Assembly: GCF_006345805.1 (NCBI RefSeq)
Contig: NC_043018.1
Span: 25,978,001-26,042,000, forward strand
Length of the DNA stretch: 64,000 bases
Direction: 5' to 3'
Origin: Octopus sinensis
Lineage: Eukaryota
Part shown: in pieces, positions 51,298-62,894 of the stretch
Position numbering within the stretch: position 1 is the first letter of the stretch
Layout of the letters: each line of letters begins with the position of its first letter
Position numbers and translations under genes: made by a program
Notes under the pieces: model-generated
The model's database searches: none
What the model saw: the letters and a program-made list of their open reading frames with translations, nothing else
What the model was told of the DNA's origin: nothing

Positions 51298-52004
51298 GTG
51301 TGTGTGTGTGTGTGTGTGTGTGTGTTGAGATGCAACGGCCCAGTGGTTAGGGCAGCGGACTCGCAGTTTCGATTCCCAGACCGGATGTTGTGAATGTTTA
51401 TTGAGCGAAAACACCTAAAGCTCCATGAGGCTCCGGCAAGGGGTGGTGGCAATCCCTGCTGTACTCTTTCGCCTCAACTTTCTCTCACTCTTTCTTCTGT
51501 TGGCCTGCTCCCTTAGCCAGTGGGTTGGCGTCATTTGAAGACTAAAACAATGCAAAGCGCATTGTGACCAGCGATGTGTAGCAACATCTGATAGCCTGGT
51601 TGGTCACGGTGATATATATATATATATATATATTTGGTCATGTGCATATGCGTACTGACATATATGGCATAAGACTTTCAAAATTTCAAGTTTCATTTTG
51701 AAACAAAATTCATTTTAAAACGAAATTGATTTATGCAACTTGTCCAAAACTCCTGTCCATTTCATCCCCCCAAAAAAGTATTCGCAAGAATTTCTGATAT
51801 AATTGGAATCTACAGTCTGAAAGGCATTTGTAGAAAATCTCACTAAAAACATCCGTATTTCTGAAAGCTATGCAGATAAAAAAAGCCAAAGTGGTTGACG
51901 AGCACACTTGTATAGGTATGCCTATTTATTTTAGCACTATTATTTCCTTTTACTTGTTTCTGTCATTTGACTGTAGCCATGCTGGAGCACTGCCTTCAAA
52001 GATG

Positions 52005-52153
52005 ACCCCAGTACTCTCCTTTTTTTTTTCTGTGTCTCTTTCTGTAGAAGAGTGTAGCCTCGAAACGTAAAAGACTTTTTCTATTCCTGAGTGTTATACT
52101 AATACATCTGTTTGTTTTGTACACCACCCGTCTTCATCTTTTGTTTTTTTTGT

Positions 52154-52211
<58 letters not shown>

Positions 52212-52550
52212 ACGGGAAGCTTTATGAAAATAGACAAAAGACGAAGGCAGGTGGAAAACAAACGAACAATTGTATTAGTATGGCGCTCAGGAAATATAAA
52301 TAAAACAAGTCTTTAACGTTTCGAGCCTACGCTCTTCAACAGAAAGATACACAGAGAGAAAAAGAACACAGAAAGAAGGAGAGAAAAAAAATGCGTGCAG
52401 TAGCTAACGAATCAACATGGCGATCTGATTTCGGCCAGAGGTCAAAGATCAAACATGAGACGTGAGAGCGAAATAAGGGGAGATAATAGGGTTGATAATA
52501 GGGTTGAAGGACCAGCTAATAGTGCGAAAGTGTTGAAGGACCAGCTAATA
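52005..52550. mobile_element. Two opposed Penelope-type terminal repeats around (CT)n(TA)n
   Basis: + copy about 52005-52170; - copy about 52210-52400 continuing to 52550; both carry gaagag(c/t)gtag(g/c)ctcgaaacgt. Confidence 0.7.
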
Positions 52551-53714
52551 TATATATATATATAAGCCTGGTACTTAATCTGTTGATCTGTTTTGCGAAA
52601 CTGCTAAGTTTATATCCTGTCCAAATAGGGAATTTATACACCATGGAAATCGAGAAACTGGCCCTTATAAGTTGGTATAACTCGAGAAGGTAACTTTTAC
52701 CTTGTGTCTCCAAGACACAAGTCATATTAGATAAATCTGTTGAATTATTGTTTCCATGGCATGAAACTATTTGTAGCTCTTCTTTAATTAGTGTTCATTA
52801 TCATCATTGTTTAGCGTCCGCTTTCCATGCTAGCATGGGTTGGACGGTCCAACTGGGGTCTGGGAAGCCAGAAGGCTGCACCAGGCCCAGTCTGATCTGG
52901 CAATGTTTCTACGGCTGGATGCCCTTCCTAACGCCAACCACTCCATGAGTGTAGTGGGTAATTTTTACGTGCCACCGGCACAGGTGCCAGGTGAGGCTAG
53001 CAATGGCCATGGTTCATTAAATGATATTTATTTCTCACTGGATGGAGTACTTTTTTTGCCGATCCTTCAAATAATGGAACCGTAAGCTATGTATATTAGT
53101 GTTTGTCTCCATATCACCACATAACAACCGGTGTTGCTTTATTCATGTCCCAGTAACTTAGTGGTTCAGTTAAATGAGACTGATAGAATAAGCACCACTG
53201 AGCTTAAAGATAAGTACCAGGGTCAGTTTGTTTGGCTAAGCCCTTTCAAGGTACTGCCCCAGCATGGCCGCAGTGCAAAAATTGAAACAAGTAAGAATTA
53301 AAAAGATGCAAAATTTTGCAGAAATTTATTGCAACATTTTTGTTGATGTCAGCATTTGAACTTTGATAGGACTTGTGCCATGCTGAAAAATCGATATTCA
53401 ATTGATATGAAAATGTTAACTGTGTGATGTTTGAAAAACATCATGTGAAAACAATCTTTTTTTTTTTTTGGTACAAAACAACATAACAAAGAATCTAGCT
53501 AGCAGCAGCAGCAGTAGCAGTAGCATCAGCAGTAGCAGCAGTGGCAAACAGTCAGTCAGCTGAAATGTTCTTTAGTTAATATGTTCTCGGGGGGGGGGGG
53601 AACAATTAAGCAAAGAAAATCCCTTCTACTACCAGCACGAATTTGTGGGGAGGTGGGGGAGGGTAGTTGATTACATTGACCCCCAGCGTCCAACTGGTAC
53701 TTTGTTTCTTTGAC

Positions 53715-54290
53715 CCCATCATCATCATCATTTAACGTCTTTTTTTCCATGCTGGCATGGGTTAGACGGTTTCACCGGAACTGGTTAAGACTGGAGAACT
53801 GCATTAGGTTCCAGTCGTCAGTTCTGGTTTGGTATCTACGGCTGGATGCCCTTCCTAACACCAACCACTTTACAGAGTGTACCGGGTGCATTTTACATGT
53901 CACCGGTGGGGTTGCCTTTTGTGTGTCACCAGCATGGATGCTCTTTACGTGTCACTGGCACAGGTGCCCCTCAAGTGTCACCAGCACAGGTATCTTTTAC
54001 ATGTTATTGGCATGAGTGTTTTTTGTGTCGCTGATATCGGTGCACTTTACGTGTCACTGGCATGGGTGTCTTCTATGTGTCGCCAGCATAGATGTCCTTT
54101 ATGTGTCCCCAGCATGGGGGCCTTCATGTGTCTCCGGCACTGGCGCTCTTTATGTGTCACTGGCACACGTGCCCATCACATGTCACCAGCGCAGGTGAAC
54201 CTTTACATATCACTAGCATGGGTGACTTTTATGTATTACCAACATGTGTACCTCTCATGTGTCACCAGCACGTATGCAGAAATGCAAAAT
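53715..54290 (-). mobile_element. Family C copy whose internal ~24-bp repeat has expanded into a degenerate minisatellite (53880-54290)
   Basis: Many ttta(c/t)(a/g)tgtcac(c/t)(a/g)gca units. Confidence 0.8.
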
Positions 54291-54455
54291 TGGCCTCAGT
54301 GGAATTTTAGTCAGAAGAAATGCTTGCTAAGCATTTTGTCTGACATGCTACCAAACTCCACCCCACCACCAAAAACCACCACCACCACCACTAGGCTTTG
54401 ATCAACCTGAAGCTTCTGTAGAAGACACTTGCCCTAGGTGCTGTGTAGTGGAACT

Positions 54456-54719
54456 GTTAGGTTAAGTTAATTTTTTGGCTCAAAAAGCAAACAGCAAGGC
54501 CATGTAGGGGGACATGGAGTTATGTACAGGGAGGGTGTTCATGCAAAGAGTTCAGGCCATTTCTGGTCAAGAGAGACTTTGAACCAGCAGCTTATTCCAC
54601 GGATCCGCAACCCAGATGGAGAAAGCCCCTCTCCTTCGATTGAGATGAAATCGTCGCAGATAGAGCTTTTCGGAGCGACCCCGCAGCCGACGCTCTGGAG
54701 TAGGAGTGAAGAACAGCTC
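54456..54719 (-). mobile_element. Short CR1 3' end, same family as 4032-4580, inserted into a SINE-A head
   Basis: High identity to 4060-4332 with a ~32-nt deletion; (TTAAC)n tail; host SINE continues on both sides. Confidence 0.9.
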
Positions 54720-55363
54720 CTGAAACCTACATAGTTTAGAAGCAAACATCTTTACCACACAGCCATGCCTGCATCCTGAACAACTGCCGAATTTTTTTTC
54801 CAGTCATGTGGGTTGGCAAGGTTCTGTGTCGACATCAGTCACGTATGGAGATTCCACTCTCACTAAACTCTGCCGATCACCAACAAACATCCTTTCTTGT
54901 TTCAATGATAACAAAGGTTATATTACTAATGGTAGAGGGTTAATATCTTAAGCTGTCCAGACAATCTGCATACAAGGACAATTGACAGTCATTAATTTGA
55001 TTCCTGAAGTGACATTGCTACTTTCAGTCATTAATATTAACAGTCAGCTCAGTTAAATCATTCATTGTTTGTTTACTTTATTTTATTTCAGTTTATTTTA
55101 TTTTATCCATTTATTTATTTATTATTTATCTACTTTTTTTTTGGTATCGTTTGTTATTGTATTAGAGTTTTACTTGTTTTTTGAAATATATTCAAAAAAT
55201 ATATTCAAGCAAGACGATGTTATTTATATTTACTGCTTTACAGAGGAAATGTATTCTTTGGCGAGAATGTTTCACTGTTTTATATGCCCCACATTAACAG
55301 AGGACTAGGAAGGAATAATAATAATAATAATAATGATAATAATAATAATAATAATAATAATAA

Positions 55364-55630
55364 CCCCAAAATGGCAGAAATTCAAAAGATAGTGCTCATG
55401 GGAACTGCTCATATCCTACGCAAAGTACTTTCTTTGTAATCTCGAGTTTTAAAACAAACATAATTTTTGTATGTTTTTTTAGGCATTCACTAGTACAACA
55501 CTAAGTACAAAACCAAATATATGGCACCCTAGGCATAACACCAACATGAACTTCCAACTTGCTGTCTCTTGAGGTCTCTGGGTGAGTCTTGGAGCCAGCT
55601 TGTGCAAATGTAAAGCAAAAGTCAAACATA
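55364..55630 (+). mobile_element. 5'-truncated R4/Dong-type LINE 3' end embedded in (TAA)n
   Basis: PKMAEIQKIVLMGTAHILRKVLSL* (stop at 55437-55439), 3' UTR, (TAA)n on both sides. Confidence 0.8.
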
Positions 55631-55689
55631 TAATAATAGTAATAATAATAATAATGATAATATTGATAAATGCAGTTCAAGGCAGTGGT

Positions 55690-56210
55690 GTTCATGGTTT
55701 CTGATTGTAACTGTTATGTACTTGTTTTGTCTTGGTATAAAAGATGGACTACAGCAAATATTCTGCTCAACACCACAGATTTGGTTGTCAGCTGTTTGAC
55801 CTTAACCAGTTGAGCATGTCCCTTGGTGGCTGACGATATGTGCATCTCTGATCATGAGCAGAAGTAGTGGGGGAGCATCATAGCCATGTGTTGAGAGGAA
55901 TTCTTTGGGGTTTGAATAATTCTCCTCTGGAAACATGGGTATTTTGTTCAACATCCTTAAACAAACCTTAATCAGGGACCTTTTGAGGGGGATGGGTTAC
56001 TCGAACAGAAGAAAATTCTAACTGGGCACCACCTGCAAGGTCATGTGCTGTTTATCTTGATATGAGATCACCATGTCGCGCACATATGGTTGTGATGCAT
56101 GTGCCTGGTGTACCCTTATCAGACGGGTAGTCATGATGGGTATACTGGGCTTTGTATATTTGTACCCCAGTGTCACTTTGATGGCATGCATTGCTCTCTC
56201 ACTCAATAAT
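55690..56210 (+). mobile_element. Family H unclassified retroposon with (TAA)n tail
   Basis: 55745-55920 matches the reverse complement of about 38610-38780. Confidence 0.6.
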
Positions 56211-56259
56211 AATAATAATGATAATTTGTTCAAATTTTAGTACAAGATCAACTGGTGCT

Positions 56260-57437
56260 TTATTTTATTCACCTCCAAAAGATGGAAGGCTAAGTTGACC
56301 TTATTGCAACTTGAACTCAGAATGTAAACAGGCTGAATAAATGCTGCTAAGCATTTTGTCCAATGTGCAAACAATCCTGCCAGCTTGTCACCTTTACAAT
56401 AATAATAATAATCCTTTCAACTTTAGGCATCATCATCATCATCATCGTTTAGCGTCCGCTTTCCATGCTGGCATGGGTTGGACGGTTCAACTGGGGTCTG
56501 GGAAGCCAGAAGGCTGCACCAGGCCCAGTCTGATCTGGCAATGTTTCTATGGCTGGATACCCTTCCTAACGCCAACCACTCCATGAGTGTAGTGGGTGCT
56601 TTTTATGTGCCAGATGAGGCTGGCAAACGGCTAAGATCGGATGGGGCTTTTTACGTGCCATCGGCACGGGGGCCAGGCGAGGCTGGCAATGGCCATGATT
56701 GGCATAAGGTCTGAAGTTTAGAGGGAAGGGGTTATTAATCAATTACATCAACACCAGTACTTATTTTATCGACCCTGGAAGAATGAAAGGCAAAGATGAA
56801 CGCGGCAGAATTTGAACTCAGAATGTAAAGATGAACAAAATACTGCTAAGCGTTTTGTCAGGAGTGTTAATGATTCTGCCACCTTAAAAGTAATAAGAAT
56901 CCTTTCCACTATTGGCACAAGGCCTGAAATTTCTGGGACCTCAGTGCTCAACCTCAAAAGGATGAAAGGCAAAGTTGAAGGTGGCAGAATTTAAACTCAG
57001 AATATATATATGGATAAATAATGGATAAAATAATAAGAGTAATAATCCTTTCTACTGAAGGCACAAGGCCTGAAATTTTTGGAGAAGAGGACAATCTATG
57101 ACATCAACCCCAGCACTTGACTGGTACTTAATTTATTGATCCTGAAAGGCAAAGTTGACCTTGGTGGTATTTGAACTCAGAACGTAAAGACAGATGAAAT
57201 ACCTATTTCTTTATTACCCACAAGGGGCTAAACATAGAGAGGGGAAACAAGGACAGACATAGGTATTGAGTCGATTACATCGACCCCAGTGCATAACTGG
57301 TACTTATTTAATCGACCCCGGAAGGATGAAAGGCAAAGTCGACCTCGGCGGAATTTGAACTCAGAACGCAGCGACAGACGAAATACCGTTAAGCATTTCG
57401 CCCGGCACGCTAACGATTCTGCCAGCTTGTTGCCTTA
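56260..57437 (-). mobile_element. Cluster of SINE-B copies ending in a B1-to-B2 dimer (57041-57437), with a family C insertion
   Basis: Standard junction gaaatacc|tatttc at 57202/57203. Confidence 0.85.
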
Positions 57438-57487
57438 ATAGTGATGATAAAATGATGATAATAATAATAATAATAATGATAATAATA

Positions 57488-57844
57488 ATAATAAGAGTAT
57501 TCAGAGAGCGCAACCCTCTGCCAAGGCAACATCAGCATCTTCTCAACAATTAGTCGGAGATGATTTTTAAAATCAGAATATCTGAAATAAACTTGACTGC
57601 TCTTACAAACGAGAATACTAAAAATGAACCCGAGCGCCCTAAAAAATCATGTAAAAAAAAACAAAACCGAAAAATAATCCAGAATTCTTGCCTGGTACTA
57701 GATCGATCTCAAACTCTAATCAGGTTGTGTCAGTCACGAGGCCAAACATCCCTGAAAGTTTCATCTGAATCCATTCTGCAGTTCTTGAGATATCTTATCC
57801 ACAGACAAACAAACAAACTGGAACTAATACCTCCGCCTTCGCAC
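57488..57844 (+). mobile_element. Helentron-associated (HINE)-like element, 3' end truncated
   Basis: accctctgccaagg near the 5' end, ..gaaagtttcatctgaatccat..acaaacaaacaaac..aatacctccgccttcg at the 3' end. Confidence 0.55.
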
Positions 57845-58090
57845 ATACAGATGCACAAGTAAGAATTAGCAGAAGATACCAATTCCTCTGCAATACTAAG
57901 GTCATGATCTTGCTTTTAGAATTCTCCATTAATAATGCTACATTAATGTCTTACTGTCTTGTAATGCTGATGTCAGCCAGTAGAGCAATGCATTCCTATG
58001 TGGTTCAAGTCTGAAAAATACTGTAATCATTAATTAGATTCAGTGCCTGTTCTCCATAAAGTGACAGAACGAAAGTTGAATATGCATGTA

Positions 58091-58481
58091 GGTGCAGGAG
58101 TGGCTGTGTGGTAAGTAGCTTGCTTACCAACCACATGGTTCCAGGTTCAGTCCCACAGAGTGGCACCTTGAGAAAGTGTCTTCTACTACAGCGTCCGGCC
58201 AACCAAAGCCTTGTGAGTGGATTTGGTAGACGGAAACTAAAAGAAGCCCGTCGTATATATATATATATATATGTGTGTTTGTGTGTTTGTGTTTGTTCCC
58301 CCAACATCGCTTGACAACCGATGCTGGTATGTTTACATCCCTGTTACTTACCGGTTCGGCAAAAGAGACCGATAGAATAAGTACTAGGCTTACAAAGAAT
58401 AAGTCCTGGGGTCGATTTGCTCGACTAAAAGGCGGTGCTCCAGCATGGCCGCAGTCAAATGACTGAAACAAGTAAAAGAGT
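58091..58481 (+). mobile_element. SINE-A full length, flanked by a 247-bp direct repeat
   Basis: 57845-58091 and 58482-58728, 7 mismatches by eye. Confidence 0.95.
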
Positions 58482-58843
58482 ATACAGATGCACAAGTAAG
58501 GATTAGCAGAGGATACCAATTCCTCTGCATTACTAAGGTCATGATCTTGCTTTTAGAATTCTCCATTAATAATGCTACATTAATGTCTTACTGTCTTGTA
58601 ATGCTGATGCCAGCCAGTAGAGCAATGCGTTCCTATGTGGTTCAAGTCTGAAAAATACTGTAATCATTAATTAGATTCAGTGTCTGTTCTCCATAAAGTG
58701 ACAGAACGAAAGTTAAATATGCATGTAGTTATTTTTTTATAGCAGAAGACCCAAAGTGACTAAATTCCTCAGTCTACTGGTAGAGAATGCAGTAGTGGAA
58801 ATGTCTTTCAAAACAGTAAGTGATCAAGGATGTGCGAATTAAT

Positions 58844-59395
58844 TACTCTTTTACTTGTTTCAGTCATTTGACTGTGGCCATGCTGGAGCACCGCCTTTAG
58901 TCAAGCAAATCGATCCCAGGACTTCTTTGTAAGCCTAGTACTTATTCTATCGGTCTCTTTGCCAAACTGCTAAGTTACGGGGACGTAAACACACCAGCAT
59001 CAGTTGTCAAGTGATGTCGTGTGCTTGTGTTTGTCCCCCCAACATTGCTTGACAACTGATGCTGGTGTGTTTATGTCCCCGTAACTTAGCAGTTTAGCAA
59101 AGAGACCGATAGAATAAGTACTAGGCTTACAAAGAATAAGTCCTGAGGTTGATTTGCTCTACTAAAGGCAGTGCTCCCGCATGGCCCAACATCGCTTGAC
59201 AACTGATGCTGGTGTGTTTATATACATATATACGATGGGCTTCTTTCAGTTTCCATCTACCAAATCCACTCACAAGACTTTGGTCGGCCCAAGGCTATAG
59301 TAGAAGACACTTGCCCAAGGTGCCAGGTGGTGGGACTCAACCCGGAACCATGTGGTTGGTAAGCAAGCTACTTACCACACAGCCACTCCTGCACC
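58844..59395. mobile_element. Rearranged SINE-A with an internal inverted copy
   Basis: Minus tail 58844-59017, plus piece 59018-59184, extra plus 36-mer 59185-59220, minus head 59221-59395. Confidence 0.85.
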
Positions 59396-59399
59396 TGTA

Positions 59400-59984
59400 A
59401 TTGATGATCTTTTCTTTTTTTTTTTTACTTTATGGTTTATTGTTCATTTATTATAGTAAATAAATGAACTTGGGCAAAGTGAAATTGGGCAAATTTTAAA
59501 AGAAATTGACGATTTTATATTTGTTATTTAATTATGATACCAAAACAAATAGATTTATAATCTCATGTCCGAACTTTATTGAAAGTTTTCAACATGTGCT
59601 CCATTTGTATCCTTGCAAATTTCAAATCTATCCATAGCATTGCCAAACACATTTTGAAGCATTTCTGGAGAGTTATCTCCTGCACTGCCAACTGAATGCA
59701 TTCTTGAAGTTCAGCTAAACTATTGCTCCATCCTGGGGATGGATGTACAGATAATGATTGCAGCCAAATTGAAAAAAATGTTGTTGTGGACAGACAAGCA
59801 GGATCCAACAGGAATGACAATAAAATTGTAAAAAAAAAAGTTATAAAAATTATAAAATTGCAAACAAAACTAAAAATTTATACATTTTTGACACATATTA
59901 AACATGATAAACATAAATAACAAAGTGTTTTTAAAAAAAAAAATTGTCCAATTTCTTTGAAATAGTTACTTCTGGGACACCCAG
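59400..59984 (-). mobile_element. Tc1/mariner deletion derivative
   Basis: TIR ta|ctgggtgtcccagaagtaac; SLAELQECIQLAVQEI(T)PEMLQNVFGNAMDRFEICKDTNGAHVENFQ* after one frameshift. Confidence 0.75.
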
Positions 59985-60410
59985 TATAACAGATTTATAA
60001 ATATCAAAAGCAGCGTTTAAAGAATTTTTGTAAAAAGTGGATTTTAAAAAATTAAAAAATTCTTTTTGCTGTCCAAAACTGACAGGCAGTTTTGAGTTGT
60101 CATTGGTGTTTTAATCTTTACTGATTTCAGTCTGTGGGTTGTAGCCATTCTGGAGCACTGTCTTAGATCTGTTATAATGATATATATAGTCATCTAAGAA
60201 TCTAAAAAATAGGCATTTGTTTATTTGTTTACATCCTCATAACTTAATGGATCAGCAAACAAAACTGATAGAACAAGTACTAGACTTAAAAATCTGTACT
60301 GGGGTCAGTGTGTTTGACTAAACCCTTCAAGTTATTGCCCCAGGTTAGCCTCAGTCCAATGGACTGGTTGAGCACACAGCATCTTTTACAATATGAGAGG
60401 CAAAAATATC

Positions 60411-60765
60411 TGTTTCGTTGTTACCCACAAGGGGCTAAACATAGAGGGGACAAACAAGGATAGACAAATGGATTAAGTTGATTACATCGACCCAGTGCGT
60501 AACTAGTACTTAATTTATCGACCCCGAAAGGATGAAAGGCAAAGTCGACTTCGGCGGAATTTGAACTCAGAATGTAGCGGCAGACGAAATACCTATTTCT
60601 TTACTACCCACAAGGGGCTAAACACAAAGGGATCAAACAAGGACAGACAAATGGATTAAGTCGATTACATCGACCCCAGTGTGTAAGTGGTACTTAATTT
60701 ATCGACCCCGAAAAGATGAAAGACAAAGTTGACCTTGGCGGAATTTGAACTCAGAACGTAACGGC
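60411..60765 (-). mobile_element. SINE-B dimer (B1+B1) with a 16-bp TSD
   Basis: gagaggcaaaaatatc at 60395-60410 and 60766-60781. Confidence 0.92.
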
Positions 60766-61579
60766 GAGAGGCAAAAATATCATAGACAAAAGAAGCTAAT
60801 TAAAGATGACAGAATTATAATCTTCTTTGATGCATTCTGTTTCCATATTGTAAAAGATGCTGTGTGCTCAACCAGCAGCACATTCCTCATTCACCATTGC
60901 CCCTGTCTGTGGTAAGGTTGGTGGCTTCATAAAATCTGTTATTGCATCTGAGTATGTCCTCGTTAATTTGTGAAGCTTGTCCAACATGATTAGATTCTAT
61001 AACTTGATTTTTTTTTCTCTTTTCTTGAAAAGAATGGCCTGTGCTATATTTAGTCTTCCCAAAAGCATGTCCAGCCTGAACTAATCTCTTTGAATCTAAA
61101 ATCGTACTATCAGCCGAGAAAGTCTGTGCTCTTGTAATTACCTTGTTCATTAATTACGTTTTTTTTTTGTGTGTGTGTGGAAAATGAATGTCAAGTAATT
61201 AAAAAGAGATTTAAAGTTTCATTGTATAAACTTTCAAATTCTGAAATTTTAAAATCTTTAGTCTGTAGTATTATGTATTATAATAGCCAGTTCTTTTATT
61301 TGTTTCAGTCATATTGACTGTGGCCATACTGGAGCATTGCCTTTTCTAGTTGAACAAATCAACCCCAGGATTTATTCTTTGTAAACCTAGTACTTATTCT
61401 ATCGGTCTCTTTTGCCGAACTGCTAAGTTATGGGGGATGAAGAATCAGGGACCTTCTGTGTCTGTCTTCCATCTGTTTGTGTACTCAATAGATGTTTTAG
61501 CATTTGCCTGTGCATTCAATATATATTTTTTTACTTTTTGTTTGTGTATTTACTATACATTTTTCACTTTATATATATA

Positions 61580-61789
61580 TTATAATGGGGGAGGCCGGTT
61601 TATGGGGTTACCCTGGGTTTCTCGCTCATAAAGAGTTTGGCCTTACAGCGTATCTTCAGACCCCAAACACTGCTAGCCTTGAGCAAGAAACCCAGAGTAA
61701 CTCCATAAACTGGCCTCCTCTATTATTATACTAACTGCTCTACATCTTAGAGTGTGCTTCTCCGGATTTATGTATTTCTACAAATGATA
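61580..61789 (+). mobile_element. Element F, second copy, with the arm on the right
   Basis: Core co-linear with 11375-11532; 61731-61789 is the reverse complement of 11312-11374. Confidence 0.78.
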
Positions 61790-62894
61790 TATACATATAT
61801 ATACATATATATATATGTATATATATGAATATGTGGGGGCACAATGGCCCAGTGGTTAGGGCAGCGGACTCGTGGTTGTAGGATCGCAGTTTCGATTCCC
61901 AGACCGAGCGTTGTGAGTGTTTATTGAGCTAAAACACCTAAAAGCTCCACGAGGCTCCGGCAGGGGGTGGTGATCCCTGCTGTACTCTTTCACCACTCTT
62001 TCTTCTGTTGGCCTGCTCACTTAGCCAGCGAAGTGGCGTCATTCGAAGGCTAAAACAATGCAAACGCATTGTGACCAGCGATGTGTAACAACATCTGATG
62101 GTCTGGTCAGTCATGTGATCACGTGATATATGAATATATATATGAATATATATATATGTGTGTGTGTGTGTGCGTATATATATATATATGCATATATAGT
62201 GTGTGTTCATGTGCACGGTGCCATTATACATGGGACCAATAAAAAAATACCCATCTCATGAGAGATAGATATCATTTGATATACAACGGACTTAAATGCA
62301 AGCTACTATTAGTTTCATGCCTCTGATAATACAATGGTTGGCCGAGATGGTATTGCATGCCATATATATGTGTGTGTGTGTGTGTAGGTGTACAAATTGG
62401 TTTGGATCACATCAGTCATGCTTATTAGTTCAGTAGCTTCCAGCATGTGATTTGCTAGCAGATTAGGTACATTAATAAAGTAATAAATTAATTAGTCAAT
62501 TGGTAGTATTTCCATTTTGTCATTCCCTTATAAAATTAAGAATGATTATTTAATGATGTCAAGTACTCCACAACACCAGCCTCAGTAGTGATATTAGTTA
62601 TGTACGCCATGTGGTAAACAAAAATAATATATATACTGAAAGGAAACGAAGAGAAAATGGCAGTTTAATCCATGCTATTGGAATATCTGTTGCATGGATT
62701 AATTTACCATTTCCCATTCATATCCTTTTATGATACATAAAAGCCCTGCGAGTGGACTTGGTAGATGGAAACTGAAAGAAGCCTCATGTATACATCTTCA
62801 TGTATAAAGGGAGCTATGGCCAATCTGTGGGATTATCCAGGGTTTCATGTCCACGAAGCACTTAGCCATAACTATGTTTCTTTAAATGTATATA

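Noticed and set aside
53500-53545. (CAG)-like run suggesting a polyQ exon
   Set aside because: No splice signals or flanking ORF.
60887-61150. 87-aa minus-strand ORF (MNKVITRAQ..)
   Set aside because: No recognisable motif and no convincing splice context.
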